Assembly (NCBI GenBank): GCA_036741355.1
Contig: DAINSK010000008.1
Location: 19,757 to 83,756 of the forward strand
Origin: Chloroflexota bacterium
GTDB taxonomy: Bacteria; Chloroflexota; Dehalococcoidia; CAUJGQ01
Length of the DNA: 64,000 nucleotides
Reading direction: 5' to 3'
Of the stretch, positions 1-8,421 are shown one piece after another (position 1 is the stretch's first letter; the number at the start of each line of letters is the position of its first letter). The notes under the pieces are model-generated. The model was not told the origin of the DNA. It worked only from the letters and a program-made list of their open reading frames with translations, and made no database searches. The translations under genes were made by a program, and so were the position numbers.

Positions 1-281
1 CCCACAAGCTTGCGCAGAGAGTGATCGAAGAGGCCGGTTACGGCGAACACTTCGGCCATGGCCTTGGGCATGGCATCGGACTTCAGGTCCACGAAGCACC
101 GCGCCTTGCCCCGAAATCCACTTCTGTGCTTCAGGAGGGGCAGGTGTTCTCCGTCGAGCCGGGCATCTATCTGAGCGGCTGGGGCGGTGTTCGCATCGAG
201 GACCTGGTGGTCCTGGAGAATGGCCGCTGCCGCGTTCTCAGCAAATCGCCAAAGATCCGATTGTCAGGAGTCACTGCATGA
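1..281 (+). CDS. Xaa-Pro aminopeptidase / M24 metallopeptidase, C-terminal fragment; the 5' end lies outside the window
   Basis: The translation ends ...HGLGHGIGLQVHEAP...GIYLSGWGGVRIEDLVV, which are the M24 (pita-bread fold) metal-ligand motifs. The ORF is open to base 1. Confidence 0.8.
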   Translation, partial: HKLAQRVIEEAGYGEHFGHGLGHGIGLQVHEAPRLAPKSTSVLQEGQVFSVEPGIYLSGWGGVRIEDLVVLENGRCRVLSKSPKIRLSGVTA

Positions 282-841
282 TTACGCCCGGCGAACTGAA
301 GCGAGGCATCGCCATCGAACTCGACGGCAAGCTATATACCGTCTTGAGCTACGAGCACAACAAGGTCGGCAGGGGCAGCGCCCAGATCCGCATCAAGCTT
401 CGCGACGTGCGCGCCGGCCACACCATCGACCGAACCTTCCAGGCGTCCGAAAAATTCGTGAGGGCCCGTATCGACAAATCGCCGATGCAGTTCCTCTACG
501 AAGAGAACGGCCTTTATTACTTCATGAACGCGGCAACCTACGACCAGATTGCGCTTACCAAGGATCAGGTTGGCGACGCGCTCATGTACCTGAAGGAAAA
601 CGAGACCTGCGAAGTGCTGACCCACGGAGACGACGCCATCGGGATCGAGCTACCGACGTCGGTCAGTCTGAAGGTCGTGGACACCGAGCCCGGCTTCAGA
701 GGCGACACGGCCACGGGCGGCAATAAGCCGGCCAAGCTGGAGACCGGGCTGACTGTGCAAGTACCGCTTTTCATCAAGGAAGGCGATACGCTCAAAGTAG
801 ACACCCGCACCGGCGATTATCTGGAGCGCGTAGCGCAGTAA
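278..841 (+). CDS. efp: elongation factor P
   Basis: 187 aa. KRGIAIELDGKLYTVLSYEHNKVGRGSAQIRIKLRDVRAGH plus KVVDTEPGFRGDTATGGNKPAKLETG is the canonical EF-P sequence. It overlaps the upstream stop by 4 nt. Confidence 0.95.
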   Translation: MITPGELKRGIAIELDGKLYTVLSYEHNKVGRGSAQIRIKLRDVRAGHTIDRTFQASEKFVRARIDKSPMQFLYEENGLYYFMNAATYDQIALTKDQVGDALMYLKENETCEVLTHGDDAIGIELPTSVSLKVVDTEPGFRGDTATGGNKPAKLETGLTVQVPLFIKEGDTLKVDTRTGDYLERVAQ

Positions 842-866
842 AGCCTGACACGGAGCCGATCCCGCC

Positions 867-2054
867 ATGGTCGTGCTGACCGTCGAGCAGGCCCTCGGCT
901 ACCTCCGAGAGCTGTTCGAGACCAACCCCACGCTCAGCGATCTCTGGATCATGGGCGAAATCTCGAACCTAACCCGCTCATCAGCGGGCCATATCTACTT
1001 CACGCTGAAAGACGGCGCGGGCCAGATTCGTTGCGCGTTCTTCAAGCGCCAGAACGTGGGCGTGACGCTGGAGCACGGACAGCAGGTGCTGGCCCATGGA
1101 CGCGTCTCCATTTATGAGCAACGCGGTGATCTGAACTTCATCGTCGATTTTGTCCACTCGCAGGGCGCCGGCATCCTCCATGCGCAGTTCGAGCGCCTGA
1201 AGCAGGTACTCGAGTCCGAGGGTCTGTTCGACACGTCGCGCAAGCGGCCGCTCCCCGCCTTCCCTCGACGTATCGGCGTCGTCACCTCGCCGGCCGGTGC
1301 GGTGCTCCACGACATCTGCACCGTGATCGGGCGGCGCTGGCCACTCGCGGAGATCATGGTCGCACCCACTCCCGTGCAAGGGGACGCCGCGGCGCCCGCG
1401 ATCGTCGCCGCCCTGCAAGCGCTCAACGAGCGCGCAAGCGTGGATGTGATCATCGTCGCGCGCGGCGGTGGCTCACTCGAAGAGCTGTGGCCCTTCAACG
1501 AGGAGCAGGTGCAACGCGCGATCTACGCCAGCCGCGTTCCCGTCGTGTCGGCAGTCGGGCACGAGACCGACTTTACGCTCGCCGATTATGTCGCCGATCT
1601 CCGCGCCCCAACGCCGTCCGCGGCGGCCGAAATGGTGGTTCCAGACCAGATCCATGTTGCAATGCGACTCGGGTCGCACGTTGCAACACTCGAATCGTGC
1701 GTGCGTCATGAGCTGGAAAGCAATCGCGACCGGTTGGACCGTGTGGCGGACTACATCGAGCTAGCCGCCCCGGATCTGAAAGCGATCGACGAACGGCTGT
1801 CCGCCCTACACGTTCAGGCATGCAACCAGGTGAAAAAGGCGCTGTCAGGAGGACGAGCATTGGTGGAGCTGCGGGTTCTGGCGTTGACCACGCTTAATCC
1901 GCTGGCAGTGCTGGAACGCGGTTACGCCGTCGTGCACCATGAGGGTGGTGCACTTGTGGCGAGGGCATCCGAAGCCATCCCGGGAGACCGGCTGTCGGTG
2001 CGGCTGCGAGACGGTTCGTTTGCCGCTGAAGTGAAGGAACGGCATGGTGACTGA
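867..2054 (+). CDS. xseA: exodeoxyribonuclease VII large subunit
   Basis: 395 aa. An N-terminal OB-fold region (IMGEISNLTRSSAGHIYFTLKD) and the conserved XseA core (GVVTSPAGAVLHDI...IIVARGGGSLEELWPFNEE...VGHETDFT). Confidence 0.92.
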   Translation: MVVLTVEQALGYLRELFETNPTLSDLWIMGEISNLTRSSAGHIYFTLKDGAGQIRCAFFKRQNVGVTLEHGQQVLAHGRVSIYEQRGDLNFIVDFVHSQGAGILHAQFERLKQVLESEGLFDTSRKRPLPAFPRRIGVVTSPAGAVLHDICTVIGRRWPLAEIMVAPTPVQGDAAAPAIVAALQALNERASVDVIIVARGGGSLEELWPFNEEQVQRAIYASRVPVVSAVGHETDFTLADYVADLRAPTPSAAAEMVVPDQIHVAMRLGSHVATLESCVRHELESNRDRLDRVADYIELAAPDLKAIDERLSALHVQACNQVKKALSGGRALVELRVLALTTLNPLAVLERGYAVVHHEGGALVARASEAIPGDRLSVRLRDGSFAAEVKERHGD

Positions 2055-2280
2055 GCAAGAGACCTTCGAGTCGGTCTATGCACACCTGGAAGAAACCGTT
2101 CACCGTCTCGAAAACGGTGGTCTACCGTTGGATGAGTCAATCGCGCTCTTCGAATATGGTATGGGCATGGCCAAACGCTGCCGAGAACTGCTGGACGGAG
2201 CCGAGCTTCGCATTACCACGCTAACGGAGGAATTCCGTTCGGCGGGTCCGCCTGCTCCCGAGGACGCCGACCTTTGTTGA
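2044..2280 (+). CDS. xseB: exodeoxyribonuclease VII small subunit
   Basis: 78 aa. FESVYAHLEETVHRLENGGLPLDESIALFEYGMGMAKRCRELL is XseB-like. An 11-nt overlap with xseA suggests translational coupling. Confidence 0.88.
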   Translation: MVTEQETFESVYAHLEETVHRLENGGLPLDESIALFEYGMGMAKRCRELLDGAELRITTLTEEFRSAGPPAPEDADLC

Positions 2281-2290
2281 GCGCCAGAAC

Positions 2291-2959
2291 ATGGGCATGA
2301 TTCGCGCCGACCTGCACAGCCATACCCACTTTTCCCGCGACGGCCTGACCACGCCCGAGCAATACGTCCAACAGTCCGTTGAACACGGCATCACCTGCGC
2401 CGCGGTCAGCGACCACAACAACATCGACGGTGCGATCGCCGTACGCCGCCTCGCTCCATTCAAGGTCATTGTCTCGGAGGAGATCCGTTCCACCGAGGGC
2501 GAGATCATCGGCTATTTCCTGCACGACCCCGTACCAAAGCGTTTGACGCCGGAGGAGACGGTTCGCGCCATCCGCGAACAGGGTGGAATTGTTGGCGTGC
2601 CGCATCCGTTCGATCGTTGGCGCGACTCGCCGCTCAAAGAGGCGGCCCTAGCCCGTATCGCCGACCAGGTAGACGTCATCGAAGTCTTCAACGCACGTAA
2701 CATGCAGCAGCAGGACAACTTGCGTGCCGCGCGATACGCCAAAGAGCGCGGAATGCTGCAGTCGGCCGGGTCCGACTCACACCATCACAGCGAAATCGGA
2801 TCCGCGTGGGTGGAAATGCCGGACTTCGACTCTCCGCAAGAATTCCTCGAGTCGTTGCGCCGGGGAACGATCCATGGGAGCCTGAGCAGTCCTTTCGTCC
2901 ACCTGCTCAGCACCGTCGCCAAGCTAAAGTTCAAGCTCGGCCTGAGTCCTGCGCGGTGA
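2291..2959 (+). CDS. PHP-domain metal-dependent phosphoesterase
   Basis: The N-terminus ADLHSHTHFSRDG and the later SDHNNI and GVPHPFDRW motifs are PHP (polymerase/histidinol phosphatase) metal ligands. Confidence 0.75.
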   Translation: MGMIRADLHSHTHFSRDGLTTPEQYVQQSVEHGITCAAVSDHNNIDGAIAVRRLAPFKVIVSEEIRSTEGEIIGYFLHDPVPKRLTPEETVRAIREQGGIVGVPHPFDRWRDSPLKEAALARIADQVDVIEVFNARNMQQQDNLRAARYAKERGMLQSAGSDSHHHSEIGSAWVEMPDFDSPQEFLESLRRGTIHGSLSSPFVHLLSTVAKLKFKLGLSPAR

Positions 2960-2966
2960 TCTCCGT

Positions 2967-3776
2967 ATGAATTCACTTCGCATTGGATGGTTCTCCACCG
3001 GGCGTGGACCGGGGTCGCGCGCCCTTCTCCGGACGGTTGGAGAAGCGATCGCGGGTGGATTGCCGGTAGAAATCGCCTATGTCTTCTGCAACCGCGCACC
3101 CGGCGAGGACGACAATACGGACGAGTTCTTTGGACTCGTTCACTCGCTGAACCTACCGCTTGTTACCCTGTCATCGGCGGGATTTCGCCGGCAAGCGGGC
3201 GGCAAGGTCGTCCGCAAAGGCGATCCGCTGCCACGGTGGCGGCTGGACTTCGACGGTCGGGTTCTACAACTCGTCGAGCCGTTTGCTACCGACCTTGGCC
3301 TGCTCGCGGGGTACATGTTGATCTTCGGCCCGGCTGCCTGCGAACGGCTGCTCCTGCTCAACCTGCACCCCGCGGTGCCCGGCGGGCCGATAGGAATCTG
3401 GCAGGACATCGTTCGCCAACTGATTGAAGCGCGAGCGGATCGGAGCGGCATCTCCATCTTTCGCGCCGTGCCGGAAGTCGATACCGGCCCGTCCGTTTCG
3501 TACTGCACGTACTCACTCCGCGGCGAGGGAATCGACGGCCTCTGGGAACGCTCCTCTACCCTGCCACGCGAGCAACTGTGGTCGCCGGCCGCCGAGGAGA
3601 TGCCGCTCTTTCAAGAGATCCGCCGCCGTGGCGCCACCCGTGAACCACCGCTGATCGTCGAAACGCTCCGCGCCCTGGCCGAAGGACACGCCGATCCATC
3701 CGGCGAGAATCCGCCGCTGGACCTGACAGCACACGTCGAGGGCGCGCTGGAAGGGCAATTACGACCGGAAGAATGA
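2967..3776 (+). CDS. formyltransferase-domain protein (PurN/Fmt-like fold, divergent)
   Basis: The LLNLHPAVPGG motif corresponds to the PurN N-x-H-P-S-L-L-P catalytic motif, with a downstream VDTGP Asp. The long C-terminal extension is atypical. Confidence 0.55.
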   Translation: MNSLRIGWFSTGRGPGSRALLRTVGEAIAGGLPVEIAYVFCNRAPGEDDNTDEFFGLVHSLNLPLVTLSSAGFRRQAGGKVVRKGDPLPRWRLDFDGRVLQLVEPFATDLGLLAGYMLIFGPAACERLLLLNLHPAVPGGPIGIWQDIVRQLIEARADRSGISIFRAVPEVDTGPSVSYCTYSLRGEGIDGLWERSSTLPREQLWSPAAEEMPLFQEIRRRGATREPPLIVETLRALAEGHADPSGENPPLDLTAHVEGALEGQLRPEE

Positions 3777-3808
3777 CTCGGTGCGGGCTCCACATACTTC
3801 GCGATGAA

Positions 3809-3837
3809 TTGTGGGCCCGCGGTAGCGTAGCTATAAT
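3809..3837 (+). promoter_or_regulatory. candidate sigma-70 promoter (TTGtgg, 17-nt spacer, TATAAT) for the zinc-ribbon gene
   Basis: A perfect TATAAT at about 3832-3837 with a TTG-containing -35 seventeen nt upstream. A GGAGA RBS sits 8 nt before the ATG at 3877. Confidence 0.4.
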
Positions 3838-3876
3838 CGGTTCAGCCTGGCCGCCAACGCTCGCCCGGAGAACTTC

Positions 3877-4203
3877 ATGAACTGTCGATCCTGCCACGCC
3901 CGCCTCCAGTTCAATGACAACTACTGTCGAAAGTGCGGCGCGGCGGTCGATATCGTCGACGTCGAGGTCATTCGAACCTCACAATCGAGGCAGGTTTCCA
4001 CCATTCGCGCTGCCGCGGTGCCGGTCGTGGCCCAGGGAGCGACGGTAATCTTGGCCGGAACGCTGTTGCGCTTCGCCATTCGCCAGTTTCTCGGGCGGCA
4101 CGAAGCCATTGGACGAAGCCTCATACCGTTCGGCCGTCGCGGTGCGCCCGCCGGCGACGTCGTAGAGGAAGTTCTCTACTATCGTCGCTCGCGCGCCCGC
4201 TAA
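3877..4203 (+). CDS. small zinc-ribbon protein with one predicted TM segment
   Basis: MNCRSCHARLQFNDNYCRKCG carries a CxxC...CxxC ribbon, followed by a hydrophobic stretch AAAVPVVAQGATVILAGTLL. There is a good RBS and promoter upstream. Confidence 0.55.
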   Translation: MNCRSCHARLQFNDNYCRKCGAAVDIVDVEVIRTSQSRQVSTIRAAAVPVVAQGATVILAGTLLRFAIRQFLGRHEAIGRSLIPFGRRGAPAGDVVEEVLYYRRSRAR

Positions 4204-4218
4204 GAAAGAACGGTTTCC

Positions 4219-5217
4219 GTGCCTTCAAAGCAGCCTTCCCGCCGGCATGCCATGCCGGCGAAGCGCACCACGCCGGCAACGAGAGCCGCGATGCCGCCCC
4301 GCGTGAACCGGCCGAATGCGTCGGCGCCCACTCGAGCGCGCCAGGGATCGCAAAAAGCAACTGCGACGCGCCCGCCGGAAAAGCTTCTAACCAGACCCGC
4401 GGCAGTCCGTTCCAATGCAGCAGGCGTGATTCGCTTGCAGAAGATTCTCGCCGATGCGGGAGTCGCGTCACGGCGGGCCGCGGAACGGCTGATCCTCGAC
4501 GGCTCCGTGACCGTCAACGGCCGGGTAGTCACCGAGCTCGGGTCGAAAGCGGACCCGGCTGCGGACGACGTCCGCGTCTCTGGACGGAAGCTCGAAGGTC
4601 CGTCAGCCATGGTCTACCTTGCGCTCAACAAACCGGTTGGCTACGTCACGACCGCCAGCGACGAGTATGGGCGGGCAACGGTGCTTGACCTCTTGAAGGA
4701 CATCCCGGCGCGCGTCTTCCCGGTCGGTCGCCTGGACCGCGAGAGCGAAGGCCTGCTCTTGGTTACGAACGACGGCGACCTCACGGCGCGCCTGACCCAT
4801 CCGCGCTATGCCGTGGAAAAGCAGTACCACGTGTTCGTCAAGCCAGCTCCTGAGCCGGATGTGTTGGAACGGCTGCGCAAGGGCGTGGTCGTCGAAGGGC
4901 GGCGAACTGCGCTCGCCGGAGTCGAAAAGCTCATCCCCGAAGGTGGGGGCGCCTGGCTGCGGGTGACGATCCACGAGGGCCGCAATCGCCAGATTCGCTT
5001 GATGTGTCGGGCCGTCGGGCTGGAGGTCCAGCGGCTGATCCGCATGCGTATGGGGCCGATCGAGCTTGGCACACTGACGCCGGGTCGGTTTCGAGCCCTT
5101 TCGTCGCGAGAAGCCGCAACGCTCAAGGCAGAGGTCGGCCTAGCCGTCCAGCCGGCGCCACGCCCGACGCGCGCCAACCGCATGCCGGGCATGCGCCGGC
5201 GCGAAAAAAAGAGCTGA
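4219..5217 (+). CDS. rluB: 23S rRNA pseudouridine synthase, RsuA/RluB family (S4 domain plus PsuS catalytic domain)
   Basis: The S4 motif is IRLQKILADAGVASRRAAERLI and the catalytic motif is FPVGRLDRESEGLLLVTNDGDL. There is an Arg-rich C-terminal tail. The N-terminal 69 codons are basic and low-complexity, so an alternative GTG start at 4426 is possible. Confidence 0.85.
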   Translation: MPSKQPSRRHAMPAKRTTPATRAAMPPRVNRPNASAPTRARQGSQKATATRPPEKLLTRPAAVRSNAAGVIRLQKILADAGVASRRAAERLILDGSVTVNGRVVTELGSKADPAADDVRVSGRKLEGPSAMVYLALNKPVGYVTTASDEYGRATVLDLLKDIPARVFPVGRLDRESEGLLLVTNDGDLTARLTHPRYAVEKQYHVFVKPAPEPDVLERLRKGVVVEGRRTALAGVEKLIPEGGGAWLRVTIHEGRNRQIRLMCRAVGLEVQRLIRMRMGPIELGTLTPGRFRALSSREAATLKAEVGLAVQPAPRPTRANRMPGMRRREKKS

Positions 5218-5365
5218 GCCAAGTCCGGCGCAACAATCGCTAACCACTGGCATCAACGCGAAAGCTGCGCTTACTGCGCCCGTGCCATGAAGCAGACAGC
5301 TGCTAACCGGTGAGTCACACCGTTCGATTCAAAATGAGCATGCGCAATTCATCGATCACAACCGG

Positions 5366-6127
5366 TGTGCACTCGTTGCATCCGTCCCTATACTTGGTGG
5401 AGCGAGTTGGAGGCGCGGCCTCCGGAGGAGCAGCGCCGCGAGCACCGCGATCGCCATTGACGGCCCCGTCGCCTCGGGGAAAAGCAGCGTGGGCAGCCGC
5501 GTCGCCGTCCTCATTGGCTGGCCCTTCGTCGACACCGGCACCATGTACCGGGCGATCACCTGGCTAGCGCTGCAGCGCGGAACCGATTTGGCGGACGCGC
5601 CAGGGCTGGCACACATTGCAAGCCAGGCGAAAATGCAGGTGCTTCCGCCTGCGCCCGGCGATAAGGAATACGCGACGGTCATCGTCGACGGGCAGGACGC
5701 AACCCCGTACCTGCGAACGCCACAGGTGGAGCAGGCGGTGTCGACCGTCTCGGCCGTGCCCGAAGTTCGGCGCAGCATGGTCGGATTGCAACAATCGTTG
5801 GTGGCGCATCACCCGGTGGTGATGGCGGGCCGGGACATCGGCACCGTCGTACTGCCCGATGCCCGCCTCAAGCTCTACCTCGAGGCCTCCCCTGAAAGGC
5901 GCGCCGAGCGCCGCGCGGCGGAACTTGCTCGACTCGGCCTGGCCAGAACCTTCGGCGATGTGCTGACAGAAACCCTGGAGCGCGACCGATTGGACAGCGG
6001 CCGCGCCGACTCTCCCTTGCGTCCCGCCGCCGACGCAATCATTATCCACACGGATTCCCTGAACGAAGACGAGGTTGTTGCGCGAATTCTCGATCTCGCC
6101 CGATCGGCGCTCGGCGTGAAGGTGTAG
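5366..6127 (+). CDS. cmk: cytidylate kinase
   Basis: A P-loop IAIDGPVASGKSSVG is encoded at about 5450-5490, upstream of the first start in the ORF track (5489). The only in-frame canonical start upstream of it is GTG 5366. The remainder matches Cmk (TGTMYRAITW..., DGRDIGTVVLPDA). Confidence 0.8.
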   Translation, partial: CALVASVPILGGASWRRGLRRSSAASTAIAIDGPVASGKSSVGSRVAVLIGWPFVDTGTMYRAITWLALQRGTDLADAPGLAHIASQAKMQVLPPAPGDKEYATVIVDGQDATPYLRTPQVEQAVSTVSAVPEVRRSMVGLQQSLVAHHPVVMAGRDIGTVVLPDARLKLYLEASPERRAERRAAELARLGLARTFGDVLTETLERDRLDSGRADSPLRPAADAIIIHTDSLNEDEVVARILDLARSALGVKV

Positions 6128-6133
6128 GGCCGT

Positions 6134-6895
6134 ATGGCAGACGGCGCCTCGACTGTTCAACGCCCGATGCCCCGTTGGGCGCAGGCGCCCTTTTACTGGC
6201 TGACGACGCGGCTGATGCGGCTCGTACTGCGGACATTTGGCCGCTGGGAAGTGCGCGGGCGCGCGAACGTGCCGCGTACCGGAGCGCTGCTGGTCGTGAG
6301 CAACCACCTCCACAACGCCGACCCGCCCGTGCTGGGCGCCAGCATCACCAACCGGCGAGTTCACTTCATGGCCAAGGCCGAGCTGTTTCAAAAGGGCCCG
6401 CTCAGCCTCCCGATCCGGCTCTTTGGCGGGTTCCCGGTGCGGCGCTTTGAGGCCGACCTGCGGGCGCTGCGGACCGCACAGGATCTGCTCCAGGCGGGAG
6501 AGGCGATCGGCATTCTCCCCGAGGGCCACCGTAACCGTGATGGACTCGGAATGCAGCAGGCATACCCGGGCGCGGCGCTGATCGCGCTCAGGACCGACGC
6601 GACGATCCTGCCGGTCGGCATTACCGGTACCCAGCAGATACGCAGCCTCGGCATCTTGCTCAAGCGCCCGCGCATCACCGTCACGATCGGCGAACCATTC
6701 CGCTTGGAGCACTCCGGAAAGGTCAACGGCGCGGTTGTTCGAACGGCGACGGAGACGATGATGAGGCGCATTGCGAACCTGTTGCCAGAGGAGTACCAGG
6801 GCGTCTGGTCGGCGTTTGCTATCAAAGACAAAGAGCTCGCAGCCATCCGGCTTGGCCCGGAGTCCGAGACGGGCACTGACATCAAAGTGCGTTAA
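6134..6895 (+). CDS. plsC: 1-acyl-sn-glycerol-3-phosphate acyltransferase
   Basis: The acyltransferase motifs are the HX4D-like VVSNHLHNADPPVL, GFPVRR and ILPEG. Confidence 0.85.
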   Translation: MADGASTVQRPMPRWAQAPFYWLTTRLMRLVLRTFGRWEVRGRANVPRTGALLVVSNHLHNADPPVLGASITNRRVHFMAKAELFQKGPLSLPIRLFGGFPVRRFEADLRALRTAQDLLQAGEAIGILPEGHRNRDGLGMQQAYPGAALIALRTDATILPVGITGTQQIRSLGILLKRPRITVTIGEPFRLEHSGKVNGAVVRTATETMMRRIANLLPEEYQGVWSAFAIKDKELAAIRLGPESETGTDIKVR

Positions 6896-6906
6896 GCTGT
6901 TTGTAG

Positions 6907-8376
6907 ATGACTGTTCAGCTTGTAGACATCCAAGGATCTCTGCCCAACGCGCCCATTTCCGTCCTCCCTAAAGGCAGCGGGATCGGCGGATTGGTAGACG
7001 CTGTCAAGCCGGGAAGCCTGGCTGACGAGGCTGGGCTGCGGCCCGGCATCCGTGTGCTGGCCGTAAACGGACACGGACTCCGCGATGTAGTCGACTACCA
7101 GTTCTACGCTTCAGAGGAACGCGTGGAACTCTCGATCGACGGCGACGGCCGCCCCTACACGGTCGCAATCGACAAGCACCCCGATGAGGATATCGGTCTC
7201 TCTTTCGACGCCGCGACCTTCGACGGCACTCGTATCTGCGCAAACAAGTGCTTCTTTTGCTTCCTCAAGGGTCTCCCCAAAGGGCTCCGCCGCACGTTGT
7301 ATGTCAAGGACGACGACTACAGGCTCAGCTTTTTGCACGGTAACTTCGTCACGCTCACAAACCTTACGGACGAGGATTGGCAGCGCCTCGACGAGCAGCG
7401 GCTCAGCCCGCTCAACGTCAGCGTGCACGTCACCGATACGGCGCTCCGCCGATCCATGCTCGGCTACCCGGAAGCCGACGACATCATTGAACAGCTGCAG
7501 CGGCTCGGTTCACTCGGAATCCGTTGTCACACGCAGATCGTGCTCTGCCCGGGCGTCAACAATGGCGAGTATCTCGAGCGCAGCGTCCGCGACCTCGCGG
7601 CTCTGTATCCGACCGTGCAGTCGATATCGGTCGTGCCGGTCGGCGCCACGATGCAGTACGAAGAACGCATGACGGCGATCGGCAAAGATAACGTGGACGC
7701 CTGCGACCCCGACTTCGCCCGCGCCATCGTCAAGCAGGTGAAGCCGTGGCAATTGGAGTTTAGGCGTCGCTACGGAGCTACGCTCGTCTATCTGGCCGAT
7801 GAATACTACCTGACTGCGGGTGCAAAAGTACCAGGCGCGGTCCTGTATGATGGCTTCGAGCAGTACGAAAACGGCATCGGCATGACGCGCCGCCTGCTGG
7901 ACGACTGCCACCTTAGCCTGCGCAAGATTGCAAGACACGGTCTAACGTTCCGGACGCAGAGCGTGACGATCGGGTGCGGCTCGCTCATCGCGCCTACCAT
8001 GGCGGCGCTCGCGGGCGAGGTTGCACAAGCTACGGGACTGCGATTCGACGTGGTGCCGATCGAAAATACGCTCTTCGGACCGCGAATCAATGTTTCGGGC
8101 CTGCTGGGAGCCGGCGACGCGATCGGTGCGCTCCGCGCCACTGACCCTGGCGAGATCGTCTTCCTACCGCGGACGTCGCTGGATTACTTCGGGCGTCATT
8201 TTCTCGATGATGGCCGGCCAGCTGACGTCGAACGCGCGATCGGCCGGCCGACAGCCTTCGCTTCCACGTGGAGCGAGTTGCTCGATCAGGTCATCGACTT
8301 CCAGAGGCAATCCTACATTTTGGAGCCGGGTTCCGGCCGCTCGACGAACGGAAAGTCCTGGTCTATCGTCGCCTGA
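6907..8376 (+). CDS. PDZ domain plus radical-SAM-like (DUF512 family) protein
   Basis: An N-terminal PDZ (GLRPGIRVLAVNG) is followed by CANKCFFC, which is a CxxxCxxC motif. The overall architecture matches DUF512 proteins. Confidence 0.7.
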   Translation: MTVQLVDIQGSLPNAPISVLPKGSGIGGLVDAVKPGSLADEAGLRPGIRVLAVNGHGLRDVVDYQFYASEERVELSIDGDGRPYTVAIDKHPDEDIGLSFDAATFDGTRICANKCFFCFLKGLPKGLRRTLYVKDDDYRLSFLHGNFVTLTNLTDEDWQRLDEQRLSPLNVSVHVTDTALRRSMLGYPEADDIIEQLQRLGSLGIRCHTQIVLCPGVNNGEYLERSVRDLAALYPTVQSISVVPVGATMQYEERMTAIGKDNVDACDPDFARAIVKQVKPWQLEFRRRYGATLVYLADEYYLTAGAKVPGAVLYDGFEQYENGIGMTRRLLDDCHLSLRKIARHGLTFRTQSVTIGCGSLIAPTMAALAGEVAQATGLRFDVVPIENTLFGPRINVSGLLGAGDAIGALRATDPGEIVFLPRTSLDYFGRHFLDDGRPADVERAIGRPTAFASTWSELLDQVIDFQRQSYILEPGSGRSTNGKSWSIVA

Positions 8377-8421
8377 GCAATCGTTATAGTTTATTCATGG
8401 AAAGTGTAAGAAGGGACGGCT

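Noticed and set aside
5564-6712. Long antisense or overlapping ORFs: 382 aa at 5564-6712 (minus), 622 aa at 15011-16879 (minus), 313 aa at 24948-25889 (minus), 388 aa at 42631-43797 (plus), 364 aa at 55488-56582 (plus), 254 aa at 36886-37650 (minus)
   Set aside because: They lie opposite or overlapping strongly supported genes (cmk/plsC, dnaG/rpoD, and the amidohydrolase, ProA-like and nucleoside hydrolase genes). They are Arg/Ala/Gly/Pro-rich low-complexity translations typical of stop-codon-poor high-GC DNA.
8377-8421. Possible glmS ribozyme upstream of glmS
   Set aside because: Only about 45 nt separate the upstream stop from the glmS start. That is far too short for the roughly 170-nt ribozyme core, and no conserved P2.1 or pseudoknot motifs are visible.
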